Shown here: one piece after another, positions 14,162 through 30,386 of the stretch
Layout of the letters: the number at the start of each line of letters is the position of its first letter
Position numbering within the stretch: position 1 is the first letter of the stretch
Assembly (NCBI GenBank): GCA_964016885.1
Contig: OZ024761.1
Span: forward strand, 25,916,001 to 25,980,000
DNA from: Eledone cirrhosa
Taxonomy: Eukaryota
Length of the DNA: 64,000 nt
Direction: 5' to 3'
Program-made: the position numbers and the translations under genes
The notes under the pieces: model-generated
Told to the model about the DNA's origin: nothing
The model's database searches: none
The model's input: the letters and a program-made list of their open reading frames with translations, nothing else

Positions 14162-14331
14162 TATACATATATATATATATCTATATATATATATATATAT
14201 ACATATATATACATATATATATATATCTATATATATATATCTATATATATATATATATATATATACATATATATACATATATATCTATATATATATATAC
14301 ATATACATATATATACATATATATATCTATA

Positions 14332-14366
<35 letters not shown>

Positions 14367-14371
14367 CTATA

Positions 14372-14406
<35 letters not shown>

Positions 14407-14411
14407 CTATA

Positions 14412-14446
<35 letters not shown>

Positions 14447-14485
14447 CTATATATATATATACATATATATACATATATATATATA

Positions 14486-14521
<36 letters not shown>

Positions 14522-14623
14522 TATCTATATATATATATATATCTATATATATATATATCTATATATATATATATATCTATATATATATATATATATATAT
14601 ATATCTATATATATATATATATC

Positions 14624-14655
<32 letters not shown>

Positions 14656-14667
14656 TATACATATATT

Positions 14668-14709
<42 letters not shown>

Positions 14710-14714
14710 TATAC

Positions 14715-14805
<91 letters not shown>

Positions 14806-14966
14806 CATATATACATATATATACATATATATACATATATATATATACATATATACATATATATACATATATATATATACATATATATATATACATATAT
14901 ACATATATATACATATATATATATATATATACATATATACATATATATATATATATACATATATAC

Positions 14967-15001
<35 letters not shown>

Positions 15002-15023
15002 CATATATATATACATATACACA

Positions 15024-15081
<58 letters not shown>

Positions 15082-15092
15082 CATATATATAC

Positions 15093-15127
<35 letters not shown>

Positions 15128-15152
15128 CATATATATACATATATATATATAT

Positions 15153-15183
<31 letters not shown>

Positions 15184-15225
15184 TACATATATACATATAT
15201 ACATATATACATATATATATACATA
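13835..15225. repeat. (TA)n/TACA/TCTA compound microsatellite
   Basis: Directly visible. Confidence 0.95.
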
Positions 15226-15833
15226 TGGTGGCTGCCAACTCGTTTTCGAGTACTGCCACTACTTTATATCCATGTAGGAGAACCCCTACCAATGCGCTGA
15301 ACGAGTGTGACTTTTTAGTCCAGCCAGCGACTTGAAAACTCTGGTACAAACACTACACTTGTGACAATTATTGACACATAGTGCTGGGCCCATGGTACCA
15401 TGTGACGACAAGTGCAGAGAGATCTCCAGATATAAAGCAATGCCTGTGCCGTGAAGCTTTTATAGTGAGCAAAGGCACTGCACAAAGCCAGTCCCACTCT
15501 CTTAACCAAGATGATATTTACCAAAAAGAAGAACAAGTCAACATCATTGGATACCATCGGAGTTGCAGGTGTTATATCAGAGTTTTCCTTCTCCTAGAAT
15601 TCTGCCTTGACAAAGGCTAAGGGGTCATCTCTCCCGGTGATTTTGGATGGCCATTGACTCTTAAGAACTCCTTTGCCCTTTGACAGGTTTTGTTTTTAGT
15701 CCTGCAGGATGTCCAAAGTCACCCTCCTCACCAAGAAACCTTGGTGGGGTTGCCAGTTTAGTCGCCAACGACCCGACCATGAGACAGGTTGTACTGGGAT
15801 ACATGTTACCAGTAGCACCAACTAGTGACCTGA
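15226..15833 (-). mobile_element. Non-autonomous RTE-like element (5'-UTR-like part plus zinc-finger 3' end)
   Basis: Near-identical to 27244-27650. Contains tctaggagaaggaaaactctg (RTE 5'-UTR-like, from recall) and a CSVC..F...AGLKSH zinc-finger remnant; embedded in (TA)n. Confidence 0.55.
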
Positions 15834-16318
15834 CATATATACATATATACATATACATATATATATACATATATATATATACATATATATATATACATAT
15901 ATATACATATACATATATACATATACATATATATATATACATATATATACATATACATATATACATATATATACATATACACATATATATATATATATAT
16001 ATATACATATACATACATATATATCTATACATATATATCTATACATATATATATATATATCTATACATATATATCTATATACATATATACATATATATCT
16101 ATACATATATACATATATATCTATACATATATATCTATACATATATATCTATACATATATATCTATATACATATATACATATATACATATATATATATAC
16201 ATATATACATATATATATATACATATATATATACATATATATATATACATATATATATATACATATATATATATACATATATATATATACATATATATAT
16301 ATACATATATATATATAC

Positions 16319-16377
<59 letters not shown>

Positions 16378-16460
16378 CATATATATATATACATATATAT
16401 ATATACATATATATATATACATATGCATATATACATATACATATATATATATACATATAC

Positions 16461-16491
<31 letters not shown>

Positions 16492-16496
16492 CAAAT

Positions 16497-16530
<34 letters not shown>

Positions 16531-16726
16531 ATATACATATATATACATATATACATATATATATACATATATATAGACATATATATATATATACATATAT
16601 ATATACATATACGTATATATTTATATATATATATATTTACATTTATATACATATATATTTACATTTATACATATATATACATATATATTTATATATTGAC
16701 ATTTATATATATATTTACATTTATAA

Positions 16727-16768
<42 letters not shown>

Positions 16769-16769
16769 G

Positions 16770-16820
<51 letters not shown>
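15834..16820. repeat. (TA)n/TACA compound microsatellite
   Basis: Directly visible. Confidence 0.95.
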
Positions 16821-16822
<2 letters not shown>

Positions 16823-17151
16823 AGAGAGAGGAGAGGGGGGGAATAGTGTGAATAGGAGCTTCATAAGCATGAGTATAGAACATTAGGAAAGCGGGAGGTT
16901 TCATGTTTACATCTAAAACTTTCAGATTACAAAATAATCTGTGGCTTTGTTTTACCAAACGCCATTGTTATATTTTCCCCCTCGTTTCCTGACATTCTCA
17001 CTTTTACTGTCTTTACCCTTTTCTCTCTCACCGCTTCCCTCTTCCTCTTACGGCATCAAATATATACACATATATATATATATATACACTAATAAGCATA
17101 TATACATATGTACAAATAAGCATATATATATATATAAATGTATATAAATAA

Positions 17152-17190
<39 letters not shown>

Positions 17191-18274
17191 TATAAATAAG
17201 CATATATATATCTATATCTATATAAATGTATATAAATAAGCATATATATATATATATAACCATATATATATATATATATATATATAGACTTCTATTGTTT
17301 TCTTTTGACTTCATACTGTTTCGCGCGTCGCTATCTTTCTGACACCATATCATTCGCCACACTACTCCCTACATCTCCTTCCTTATTTACCCTCCCTCAC
17401 TATATATTCTACTTATCTCTCTTTATATCAGATTCGCCCTCTCTCTATTACTTTATCTAACTCTTACTCATTGTCTCGTTCGCCATTCTTTCTTGTTAAA
17501 AGTTACATACATTAATAATATGTATAGACTGCCGCTGATTTACAAGCATTGTCTTGGTAACCGGTTACGAGAACTAATTACGTAAGACACCACAGAGCGC
17601 AGAAATCATCATAAATCGTTGAAAATATACGAATAACATATTTATTTGTTTTATCTTATAGTTCATATTAATGTAGAATATATTCTGGCAGAATTACTTT
17701 AGAAATAATCAATATAATAGAAGTATTTTTATTTTGTTGTTTTTCTGTCCATCTCATCAGAGGCCTATCCTTCTCTAGGCATGTTTTACTGATGTTGTTT
17801 CGCCCCGAACCCTTCTCCATCTAACAGATATCTGATCAAAGGAGCATTTGCCCTAAGCTTCAAGTTGCTTTGTATATAAGAGAATATATTAATCCATAAT
17901 GAGAAAATATTTCATCTCTTTCCGATATATTGTTTTGCCAGAAACCCTATATATCTTCTCTCCCTTGTGGCAGTATTATTTATTCAATTTTGCGGCCATT
18001 TTCTACAAGATCTAGTATGTCATTCTTTATATGAAACATTGATGTGAGATTTGCGGAGAAAGAAAGGGGCGAGTAGAAATATGGGTGCTCTGTCTAGGAA
18101 GTCATGAACTCTGTCAGCGACCGCCCTTCATATTGCTGTATGGCCTGTTGTGTATGTTATATATATATAAATAAACATATATATATATATATATATATAC
18201 ACATACACACACACATGTATATATATATATACAGAGAGAGAGAGAGAGAGAGATAAACATATGTATATGTATAT

Positions 18275-18315
<41 letters not shown>

Positions 18316-18348
18316 AACATATATATGTATACACACACAGCCACACAT

Positions 18349-18382
<34 letters not shown>

Positions 18383-19158
18383 TACATACATATATAAATG
18401 TGTGGGCATGTTTTGGACATCTTCCCGTTCCGATGATGAGTGCTACATTTGGTGCAGTTTTACAGTCTAAAGGCCTAAAGAGATTCTCTCGGTCCCAAAT
18501 TCTCATCAGGCCCGACTGAGAGTACAAGACTCACCCCCGGAATGACACCACGTCATTGCTGTGTTAAATTCGCAGCTTCTGCTCGTATTTATTTTCAGCT
18601 TAGTATAATGGAGGAATGTTAAATGAAGTGTTTTACTTAAGAAAACAAAAAACAACCCAGTCTAGGAATGAATCGAATCCACAACATTATAATCGTAAGT
18701 CCAAGACCGTTACCATAAGAGCACGTTAAATTAACAAGCATATGTGAATATCTGTCAGACACGAGTACACTTAACGTAGACCGCAGAGGGAATCAGCTTG
18801 ATTCTCTATTGTACTCTGAATTAAAACGTGGGATATTGTTCCAACTCAACGAACTAAAGTAACATGGAATAATATTTTTCCCAATCCCATTTCATTTTGG
18901 TGTTATCTTATGTATCTTTCTCAGTGTCATATCATCAGATATTAGACACATCCGAAGGGAATGTGAAACACTTATTATCTACTTAGGTCTGTAGTGTTGA
19001 GTTAGACAGAACCATATCATTCACACCGACAAAGATGGCGTAGGCCTGCCCTGCTATGGCACTGTTGTTCAGCCTTTATAATATATATATATAAATACAT
19101 ACACATATATATGTAGATACATATATGTAGACAGACATAGGGTCACACACACACACAC

Positions 19159-19230
<72 letters not shown>

Positions 19231-20363
19231 ATATAGGACGATTTATAAACATTTAAAAAATCTCGATAAAATCGTTAGTATTGTGAAAATGCATGACGGC
19301 CATTTTATTTTTAGATTTCCGTTTGTTTTGTTTCTTTACAACGATAAATGGCTCTATTCTGAGACCCATTATAATATACATATATATATATATATATATA
19401 TAAAACAAAGCAAAGGAAATCCATAAAAACTAAATCAAAGAAGTTATATAAAAAAAATCAAAGCGTATTAATTTCATAGACGCGAATTAAAGAAAGAAAG
19501 AAAGAAAGAAAGAAGGATAAAAAGCGTGAATGAATGAAAGAAAATGAATCTAAAAACTAAATGGACAAAAATAAAAAAAAATCTCCAAAGATGAAAGCAA
19601 AGAGTTTATATTACTACAAAAGAAAACAATATAAAAAATGAATGTATATGGAAATCAAAAATAAGCTAGTGACAAGAAAAGCCTAAAAAAGGAAACAAAG
19701 TAAAGAATTAATATATAAATATTTCCAGAAAACAATTAATAACAGGGGACCAATACTGAAGAACAATAGAAGAAATATAAATGAATATATATATAGATAG
19801 ATATATATGTATAAAGAATAAAATATATATATACATAAATATTATGATGGTTGTAATTATACTGATGTTGATGATGATGATGAAAATTGCTCAGGATAAT
19901 AAAGGATGTTGTTGATATTGTTTTTTGTTGATAAGAGTTATGAAGTGGACGATGAATAATAACAATAATAATAATAGTAAGAAGAAGAAGATGAAGAAGA
20001 AGAAAAATAAAAAAAAATAAAAAAGAAGAAAAAAGAAAAAGAAATAGAAAAAGAAGAAGGTGAAGCAGAAGAAGTAGGAAGAGGAGAAAGAGAAGAAAAA
20101 GAAAAAAGAAGACGAAAAATAAAAAAGAAGAAAAAAAAAGAAGAAACTAATTATAACAATGGTCATTTTTAACCATTGTTGATGGTGATGATGATGATGA
20201 TTATAAGGCCGATGATAATAACGATATAAGCTGTACTAATTAAATTATTAATAATAATGGCAATCATTATGATATTGATGATGATGATGAAGAAAACGAT
20301 GCTGATAGTAATAACGATGCTGATAGTAATGACGATCGCGTTTAAGATAATCGATCTAGCAGC

Positions 20364-20400
<37 letters not shown>

Positions 20401-20402
20401 GT

Positions 20403-20580
20403 AGATGGTTAAAGAAAATCGGCCCCTTCACGCTTTTTGGAACGCTTCAAAAGGCATGCTTGCTGGGAACAGCAAGAACCCTCCGATACGTCCTGAATAT
20501 CTGAGGCTGCAGGTAGTGGCTTGATATTCATTCCAACAGACTTTCCAGTTAACTAACATCAATGACTGAGACTCAAGGAG
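20403..20580 (+). mobile_element. Dong/R4-like (RLE-type) non-LTR retrotransposon 3' end inserted in (TAA)n
   Basis: 20403-20504 encodes RWLKKIGPFTLFGTLQKACLLGTARTLRYVLNI*, the LQKxxLLGTARxLR C-terminus of R4/Dong-clade ORFs. (TAA)n lies on both sides. Confidence 0.75.
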
Positions 20581-20596
20581 TAATAATTATAATAAT

Positions 20597-20922
20597 GCTT
20601 TCTTTATTAACCACAAGGGTTTACACAAAGTAGACATTAAGGACAGTACAGGACAATACAGGACAATACAGGACAGTACAAATGGGCATTTCTGCGTGTA
20701 AAAAATCCCCCAAAAACAGAGAAAGTAACAAAAATGAAACAATGAAAAATTCCCCAATGGGATAACCATCCAGGGTTGACTCAGGTACCCCACTAATCCT
20801 GAACCACCCGACAACACCCGGGAAGGGCACCCCCTCTCCTCCTCAAATTCGCCCACCGACAGGCGCATGATCAGAGTAGGGCCACTTACACGGGCCATTC
20901 TCGCCACATTCACCCACCTTTT
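20597..20922 (-). mobile_element. L1/Tx1-like LINE 3' end (diverged copy)
   Basis: KRWVNVARMARVSGPTL homologous to the 11586 copy; ends ggttaataaagaaa; flanked by (TAA)n. Confidence 0.6.
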
Positions 20923-20956
20923 AATAATAATGATAATAATAATAATAATAATAATA

Positions 20957-21146
20957 ATTGTTTCTACGTTAGGCACAAGGCCAGCAATTACCCAGTGCAT
21001 TACTGGTACTTTATTTTATCGACCCCGTAAGGATGAAAGGCAAAGTTAATCTTGGCGTGATTTGAACTCAGAATGGCAAGGACCGTAACTCCATACGTCA
21101 AAGCATGGCGTCCGGCCCTCTACCGATACTGCCAATTCACCGCCCT
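20957..21146 (-). mobile_element. SINE family A, full length
   Basis: Minus strand ggcggtgaattggcagtatcggtagag...ctgagttcaaatc (B-box-like)...gcctttcatccttacggggtcgataaaataaagtaccag; within (TAA)n. Confidence 0.85.
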
Positions 21147-21158
21147 AATAATAATAAC

Positions 21159-21189
<31 letters not shown>

Positions 21190-21198
21190 GCAACAAAG

Positions 21199-21255
<57 letters not shown>

Positions 21256-21522
21256 CATTAAAAATTAACTTATATTCTAAATGAAGTGTAGGCGAAATTA
21301 AATGTTGAATACTATACAATAGGCAAAAGTAAAGAAATACCAAAAAATCTCACATTGGCAAAAAGGTTATATAAAAAAATATATATTGAAATTAGCGAGA
21401 GAAAAACATATAAATGAGATACATATTAAAAATATTCATAAAAATATTCTAAAACAATATATATATATATAAAACCAGAATGTATATATAGAATTATATA
21501 AAACCAGAATGTATATGTATAG

Positions 21523-21583
<61 letters not shown>

Positions 21584-21652
21584 CAGAATGTATATATATA
21601 TAGAATTATAGATAAAAACCACAAAAAATCATAAAATATATATTAATATACA

Positions 21653-21702
<50 letters not shown>

Positions 21703-21859
21703 ATGTGTGTGTATGTATGTATGTATGTGTGTGCGTCTGAGCTTATGTGTGTATGTATGAGTGTGTGTGCCTCTGTGCAGGGGTCTATATATACGTATAT
21801 ACACATATATATGTATATATATATTATATACATATGTATGTAGATAATTATAAACATAT

Positions 21860-22730
<871 letters not shown>

Positions 22731-22984
22731 ATACCTATTAAGAGGAAAAATGGGGAAGTTTCCAAAATTTAGTTCACAATACAATAAATATTTTATTGTT
22801 AACATCACAATCAACTCAGTGATTTAGAACAAAACTGTTTCTATTGAAATAGAGATCGTCTGAAATTTTCCCCCAAATCATCAATTAAAGAATTGTGAGA
22901 AAACTCTATTGTTGGTGATAGCTCTCTTAATAATTTCTACGAGGAATGAGAATAAAAGGGATAGAATAAAACCAAATTATGTCG

Positions 22985-24195
22985 ATATTGCAGTATCAGT
23001 ACAGCGTCATACACCATGCTTTGCCGCATAAAGTTATGGCCCTTAACGTACTGAGTTCAAATCCCGCCGAGGTTAACTTTGCCTTTCATCCTTACGGGGT
23101 AGATAAAATAATTGTTGCTACTTTTGGTACAAGGCCATAAAAATTCACCCGTGCATTACTGGTACTTTATTTTATCGACCCCGTAATGATGAAAGGCAAA
23201 GTTAACCTCGGCCGGAGTTGAACTCAGAGGTGCAAGGGCCGTAACTATGCGTTCAAAGCATGGCATCCGACCCTGTATCGATACTGCCAATTCAAGATAA
23301 AATAATGTACCAGTAACGTACTGGGGTCGATTTAATTGACTTCCCCAAAAAACATTGCTGGCCTTATGCCTTAGATTGTCTGTATCGGTAGAGGATGGGA
23401 CGCCATGCTTTGCAGCATATAGACTTATGGCCCTTTAAGTTCTCACTTCAAATCCCGCCGAGGTTGACTTTGCCTTTCATCCTTACGGGGTCGATAAAAT
23501 AAAGTACCAGCAATGCACTGGGATAATTGCTGGCCTTGTGTCAAAAGTAGAAACAATTATTTGGATTGGGAGTACAGGTACAGGATCAGACGCCATGCTT
23601 TGAAGCATAGAGTTATGGCCCTTTACGTTCTGAGGTCAAATCCTGCCCATGTTAGCATTGCCTTTCATCCTTACAGGGTCGATAAAATAAAGTACCAGTA
23701 ATACACTGGAATAGTTGCTGGCCTTGTGTCAAAAGTAGAAACAATTATTTGGATTGGGAGTACAGGTACAGGATCAGACGCCATGCTTTGAAGCATAGAG
23801 TTATGGCCCTTTACGTTCTGAGGTCAAATCCTGCCCATGTTTGCATTGCCTTTCATCCTTACAGGGTCGATAAAATAAAGTACCAGTAATACACTGGAAT
23901 AGTTGCTGGCCTTGTGCCAGAAGTAGAAACAATTATTAATATCTATTTTATTGTAGATTTGTAGAATCTGTGGAGCAGTGCAATACATGTTCTGCGATAT
24001 ATAGTAGCTATGGCCCTTTGGTTGGCAGTATCGGTAGAGGGCTGGACGCCATGCATTCTAGCATAGTTACGTCCCTTTACGGTCTGAGTTCAAATCGAGG
24101 TTAACTTTGCTTTCATCCTTACGGGGGTCGATCAAATAAAGTACAAGTAATGTACTGGTTGATTGCTGGCCTTGTACCAAAAGTAGAACAATTAT
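22985..24195. mobile_element. Cluster of about six family A SINEs (one nested and inverted, one 188-bp tandem duplication)
   Basis: Repeated gcctttcatccttac.gggtcgataaaataaagtaccag. Minus-strand copy 23113-23294 lies inside a plus copy; ttgctggcc recurs at 23527, 23715 and 23903. Confidence 0.85.
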
Positions 24196-24214
24196 TATTA
24201 TTAGTAGTAGTAGC

Positions 24215-24284
<70 letters not shown>

Positions 24285-24644
24285 ACAGCAGTAGCAGTAG
24301 TAGGAGTAGTTTATTATTTTTTTGTAATCCCTCTTCATTGCTCTATGAATGCCACATTATAGCAAATATAGAGAAGGATATTGCTATCATCTTCATCATC
24401 ATCATCACCTTCATCATCATCATCATCATCATCATCACCATCACCGTCATCGTCATTACCATTGTTAAAGTTCTCGTTGTACACCTGGTGCCGATTTATT
24501 CATATTCAACATGGTGGAGGCTGTATTGTCGCTGGTGTTGTTTCTTTTGTGTTAAGAGCTGCATTATGCTGTATTTATTGTTTATTCATACCGTTGTTGT
24601 TTGCATTGTTTCTTTTGTATTCCATTATCAACAATCAAGTAAAC

Positions 24645-25310
24645 ATACACAATCGCACCCACAGACAGACATAGACAATATTTCCCACATACACACATAC
24701 ATACATACATACATACATACGTACGTACATACATACATACACAATATTTGCCACATACATACATATATTCATACACAATCGCACCCACAGACAAACAGAC
24801 AATATTTCCCACATACATACATACAAACATACATACTTACAAACATACATACACAACATTTCCCACATACATACATATATACATACACAATCATTCCCAC
24901 ATACATACATACACAATTATTCCCACAATCATTCCCACATACATATATACACAATCTTTCCCACATAAATACATACACAATCGCTCGCACAGACACACAT
25001 AGACACACATTCCTACATACATACATACATACACAATCTTTCCCACATATATACATACACAATCGCTTCCACAGACACACAGACGATATTTCCCACATAC
25101 ATACTTACACAATAGCTCCCCACATACATACATACATACATACATACATGCACAATCACTCGTATATACACACATAAATACATATAGAATCTTTCCCACA
25201 TACATACATATACAATAGCTCCCATATACATACATACATACATACATACATACACAATCGCTCTCACATACACGCATAAACAATGGCTCCCACATTAGAA
25301 AATACGAACA
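24645..25310. repeat. Degenerate CA-rich minisatellite (acaat..ttcccacatacatacat)
   Basis: Recurring cacaatc/tcccacatac units. Confidence 0.8.
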
Positions 25311-25529
25311 CAATATCTCACGTATATATACACATATTCACGGAAGCAAACAGCTATACATATACACACATTGTATATCGATATATCTAGTAGCCTCTAA
25401 TTATTCGTGCGAATAGGTGGTGAAATAAAACACGCAAAACAAAAGACTATTTGGATTATTTCCGAAGAAATAATAAGTAGAAATTAATTTCGGTAAATTG
25501 AGGGTCTGTCACGTAGTCGACCATTTTTG

Positions 25530-25612
<83 letters not shown>

Positions 25613-25644
25613 GGAAGAAATAAACAAAAAGATATGGTATGTGT

Positions 25645-25701
<57 letters not shown>

Positions 25702-25934
25702 GGTATATATACGTACATATATACGAATGTATGTATACAGCTATATTTAGAGGTTTGTATACATATACATATATATATATATATGTATATATCTACATAT
25801 GTATATGTATGTATGTATATACGTACACATTTATAAATATGCATATTTATATATATACAAATATATGTATATATACATAGATGTCTATATATATATATAT
25901 ATATATACACATATAAATTTATATATATATATAT

Positions 25935-25972
<38 letters not shown>

Positions 25973-26164
25973 ATAGATAGACACATATCTCTCTCTCTAT
26001 ATATATATATGTCTATAATATACATTCATTTAAGTATATTTATACGTCCATATATATACGTAAAGAAAGAATGATAGATATATGAATGTATATATACATA
26101 TTTATGTATATATATAACTCATATATATGTATATATATATATATATTTATATATATAACTCATA

Positions 26165-26195
<31 letters not shown>

Positions 26196-26252
26196 ATATA
26201 ACTCATATATATGTATATATATATATATATATATTTATATATGTAACTCATA

Positions 26253-26298
<46 letters not shown>

Positions 26299-26358
26299 CA
26301 CCCTCACTCAACCCACTCAACCCGACACAAAACACACACACATATACATACATATATA

Positions 26359-26400
<42 letters not shown>

Positions 26401-26761
26401 TAATTATAACGTCTTGCTGAAACCTAATGTATATGTATGTGTCGGATGATTGATAGTTCTGACTATAATCGATTTGCATTGTTCTTGTACGCTTATAATT
26501 GATCTTAAGTGCTTTCATCTTTTTGCCAATCTGTTTCAAAAGTTGTTGGCTTCCACACAATTCCGTCTGTAGAATTTCATGAAACCACAGAGAGGAACGC
26601 TCACGGAAATTATATTGAAAACGGTATAATCTTAAGCATAGCTACCTCATATATCATACTTATTAAATATATGATTTCTAATATATATACAGCTATGCAG
26701 TAGCGCTGCATCAAGTGCGAAGCATAGAATACATTAATATTTTCATAGTGTGTGTGTATAA

Positions 26762-26795
<34 letters not shown>

Positions 26796-26817
26796 TTATA
26801 TATACAAATTATTCATA

Positions 26818-26848
<31 letters not shown>

Positions 26849-26858
26849 CAAATTATTC

Positions 26859-26921
<63 letters not shown>

Positions 26922-26925
<4 letters not shown>

Positions 26926-27100
26926 GTTTCACAAGGCCAGCAATTGTCCAGTGTATTACTGTTAATTTATCTTATCGACCCTGTAAGGATTAAAGGCAAA
27001 GTTAACCTCGGCTCGATTTGAACTGAGAATGGAAAGGGCTGTAACTCTTTGCGTCAAAGCATGGCGTCCGACCCTATACTGATACTGCCAATCCACCGCC
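26922..27100 (-). mobile_element. SINE family A
   Basis: Homologous to 20957-21146. Confidence 0.8.
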
Positions 27101-27243
27101 TTATATATAAATATAATAATAATAAATATGAAAACGATATTTATATATATATATATTTATATATATATACATATATATATGTGTTTATATATATATATAT
27201 ACATATATATATACATATATATATGTGTTTATATATATATATA

Positions 27244-27650
27244 TGGTGGCTGCCAACTCGTTTTCGAGTACGGCCACTACTTTACATCCATGTAGGATAA
27301 CCCCTACCGAAGCGCTGAACGAGTGTGACTTTTTAGTCCAGCCAGCGACTTGAAACCTCTGGTACAAACACTACACCTGTGACAATCATTGACACATAGT
27401 GCTAGGCCCATGGTAGGACAATTATTGACACATAGTGCTGGGCCCATGTGAGGACAAGTGCAGAGAGATCTCCAGATATAAAGCAATGCCTGTGCCGTGA
27501 AGCTTTTATAGTGAGCAAAGGCACTGCACAAAGCCAGTCCCACTCTCTTAACCAAGATGCTATTTACCAAAAAGAAGAACAAGTCAACATCATTGGATAC
27601 CATCAGGGTTGCAGGTGTTATATCAGAGTTTTCCTTCTCCTAGAATTCTA
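27244..27650 (-). mobile_element. Non-autonomous RTE-like element, truncated second copy
   Basis: Matches 15226-15603. Minus-strand ORF ends [20 protein letters not shown] (C2H2-like); internal ~37-bp duplication of gacaat.attgacacatagtgct.ggcccatg. Confidence 0.6.
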
Positions 27651-27691
27651 TATAAATATATGTATATATATATATACATATATTTATATAT

Positions 27692-27729
<38 letters not shown>

Positions 27730-27966
27730 ATTTATATATAGATATATACATATATTTATATATATATATATATATATATATGCATAAATTTATATATATA
27801 TATACATATATGTATATATATATACATAAATTTATATATATATATACATAAATGTATATATATATATATATATTTATATATATTTATATATATATATATA
27901 TATATATATAAGTTTCTTCCCGCCGATATGCGATTATCGCTAAATTTATATTTGTATATATAAATT

Positions 27967-28000
<34 letters not shown>

Positions 28001-28864
28001 CACTGAACCAGAACATTTCTCCCAATCCCTTTTCCCTTGACCACTATCTCTCCATTGTCATAACATTCACTATAAAGACTACAGAATAGTTTTCCAAATA
28101 AGGGCGCAAAAATGTAATGAAAACTTGTTCACGTGACAGCCAAATTTCATTTACAACATACCAAAAAAAAGCCTTCGTGAGCCTCATTTTTTCAAGTAAA
28201 AAGAAATTCAAACACTCATATATGAAAAAACAACCTGTGACAACCCCCCCCCCCCCCCTCTCTCTTATTTGAAGCACTATTGTAACGCGAACTGGCGCGA
28301 AATTTATTATAATTATTGACAAACCAATCAAATTACTTCTCGAAAAACATGGCTTTCGAGCCACTTTTTCCATATAAAACAAGTAACATTAAGAGACCAA
28401 CCAGATGTGAGAAAAACCACAGACCCTCCATCTCAACTGACCTTTTGAAAAGCAGAAGAACAGCGAAAACGGTAAAGGAACCAAATAAATATATATTTTT
28501 TTTTTAAAAATAAGACTTCAGTTGCATTTTCGATTTCATCTCTTTTTCTTTATACTTCCACTCGTGTAGGACACCTCGGTTATTTTTCATTTTGTAAAAA
28601 AAAACCTCACTTTCTAATATATATATATATATATATATTTATTTATATATATTTATTTATATATATATTTATACATATATTTATATATATACATATATTT
28701 ATGTATATATACATATATTTATGTATATATACATATATTTATGTATATATTCATATATACATATATACATATATACATATTTATATATATACATATATAT
28801 TTATATATATACATATATATTTATATATATACATATATACATATATATATACATATATACATAT

Positions 28865-28932
<68 letters not shown>

Positions 28933-29260
28933 GTTTATATATATATATATATATGTATGTATATATATATATTGTTGCGAAACAAATTTTAAAATTTTTC
29001 AAACAGATTTAAAGTTTGTCCTGGTATCACGGCCATTGCCAATATGGGTTTGTTATTTTTATTGATTTATTAATTTAAATCGAGACAGGCAAACCATATG
29101 TTGAATTAATATTTGTTCAACCTAGCTAACTTGGTCATTTGTAATCCGAACACTTCTATAATTGTATAGATTTTCATCTCTCATATATTCATTTGTAATA
29201 CACGTTGAGCTATTTAATTGTAAAAGTCTATTCCGAGTTTATAACTCAATATTTGATATG

Positions 29261-29307
<47 letters not shown>

Positions 29308-29432
29308 GCATAATTAATGATATAAGTGTATATAGATATTATCACTATATATATGTATGTATGTGTGCGTGTATAGGTATGCTATTATGTAAGTATGTAC
29401 GTATATTAGTGTTTAGGTGTGCATTGAGGATG

Positions 29433-29495
<63 letters not shown>

Positions 29496-29511
29496 CACCA
29501 TCCTTGTAATA

Positions 29512-29637
29512 TAGTGAGTTGTAGTTTAATGTATTTTGGTGGACTAATTAAAATGTAGTAAATATTACAGATATTTTATATTGGTCATCATTTTGTAGAC
29601 GTTTGTTGCTGTGTGGTAGAATAGTAACAAATATATG

Positions 29638-29678
<41 letters not shown>

Positions 29679-29817
29679 ATATACATAAACTCATATATTA
29701 GCACCAATTATACCACACAGCAACAAACGTCTATAAAACTATGACCAATATAAAATATATTTAATATTTACTACATATTAATTAGTCCACCAAAATAAAT
29801 TATACTAGACTTCACTA
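29512..29817. repeat. Long imperfect inverted repeat (about 130-bp arms) around (TA)n
   Basis: ttttggtggactaatta...tagacgtttgttgctgtgtggta...atatgagttta pairs with taaactcatat...taccacacagcaacaaacgtcta...taattagtccaccaaaa. Confidence 0.85.
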
Positions 29818-29927
29818 CATCCACGTACACCTAATCATATATACACATAATATACTTGAAATGTATCCATCTGCATGCGTGTGTGTCTTCGGAATCGAAT
29901 GTTTACATTTATTATTACTATATATAT

Positions 29928-30012
29928 GTAGTCTTGTAGAAGGATTAAATATTCTGCTATGTATTGAGTACCTTACTTACTATGGTTACCCCCGATTGAA
30001 CCCTGGATAAAC
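29928..30012 (+). repeat. Family S tail fragment
   Basis: atgtattgagtaccttacttact.tggttacc shared with 55983-56014. Confidence 0.7.
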
Positions 30013-30013
30013 A

Positions 30014-30280
<267 letters not shown>

Positions 30281-30301
30281 TATATATATATCTGTGAGTA
30301 T

Positions 30302-30386
<85 letters not shown>

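Noticed and set aside
17740-18512. CTGATGA on the minus strand near 17754-17760 and 18503-18509
   Set aside because: No paired stem II plus GAAA/NUH and stem I could be built.
28040-28620. Unique stretch with an E-box (cacgtg) and an E2F-like ggcgcgaaa as a possible promoter
   Set aside because: Short motifs are expected by chance; there is no linked exon or transcript evidence.
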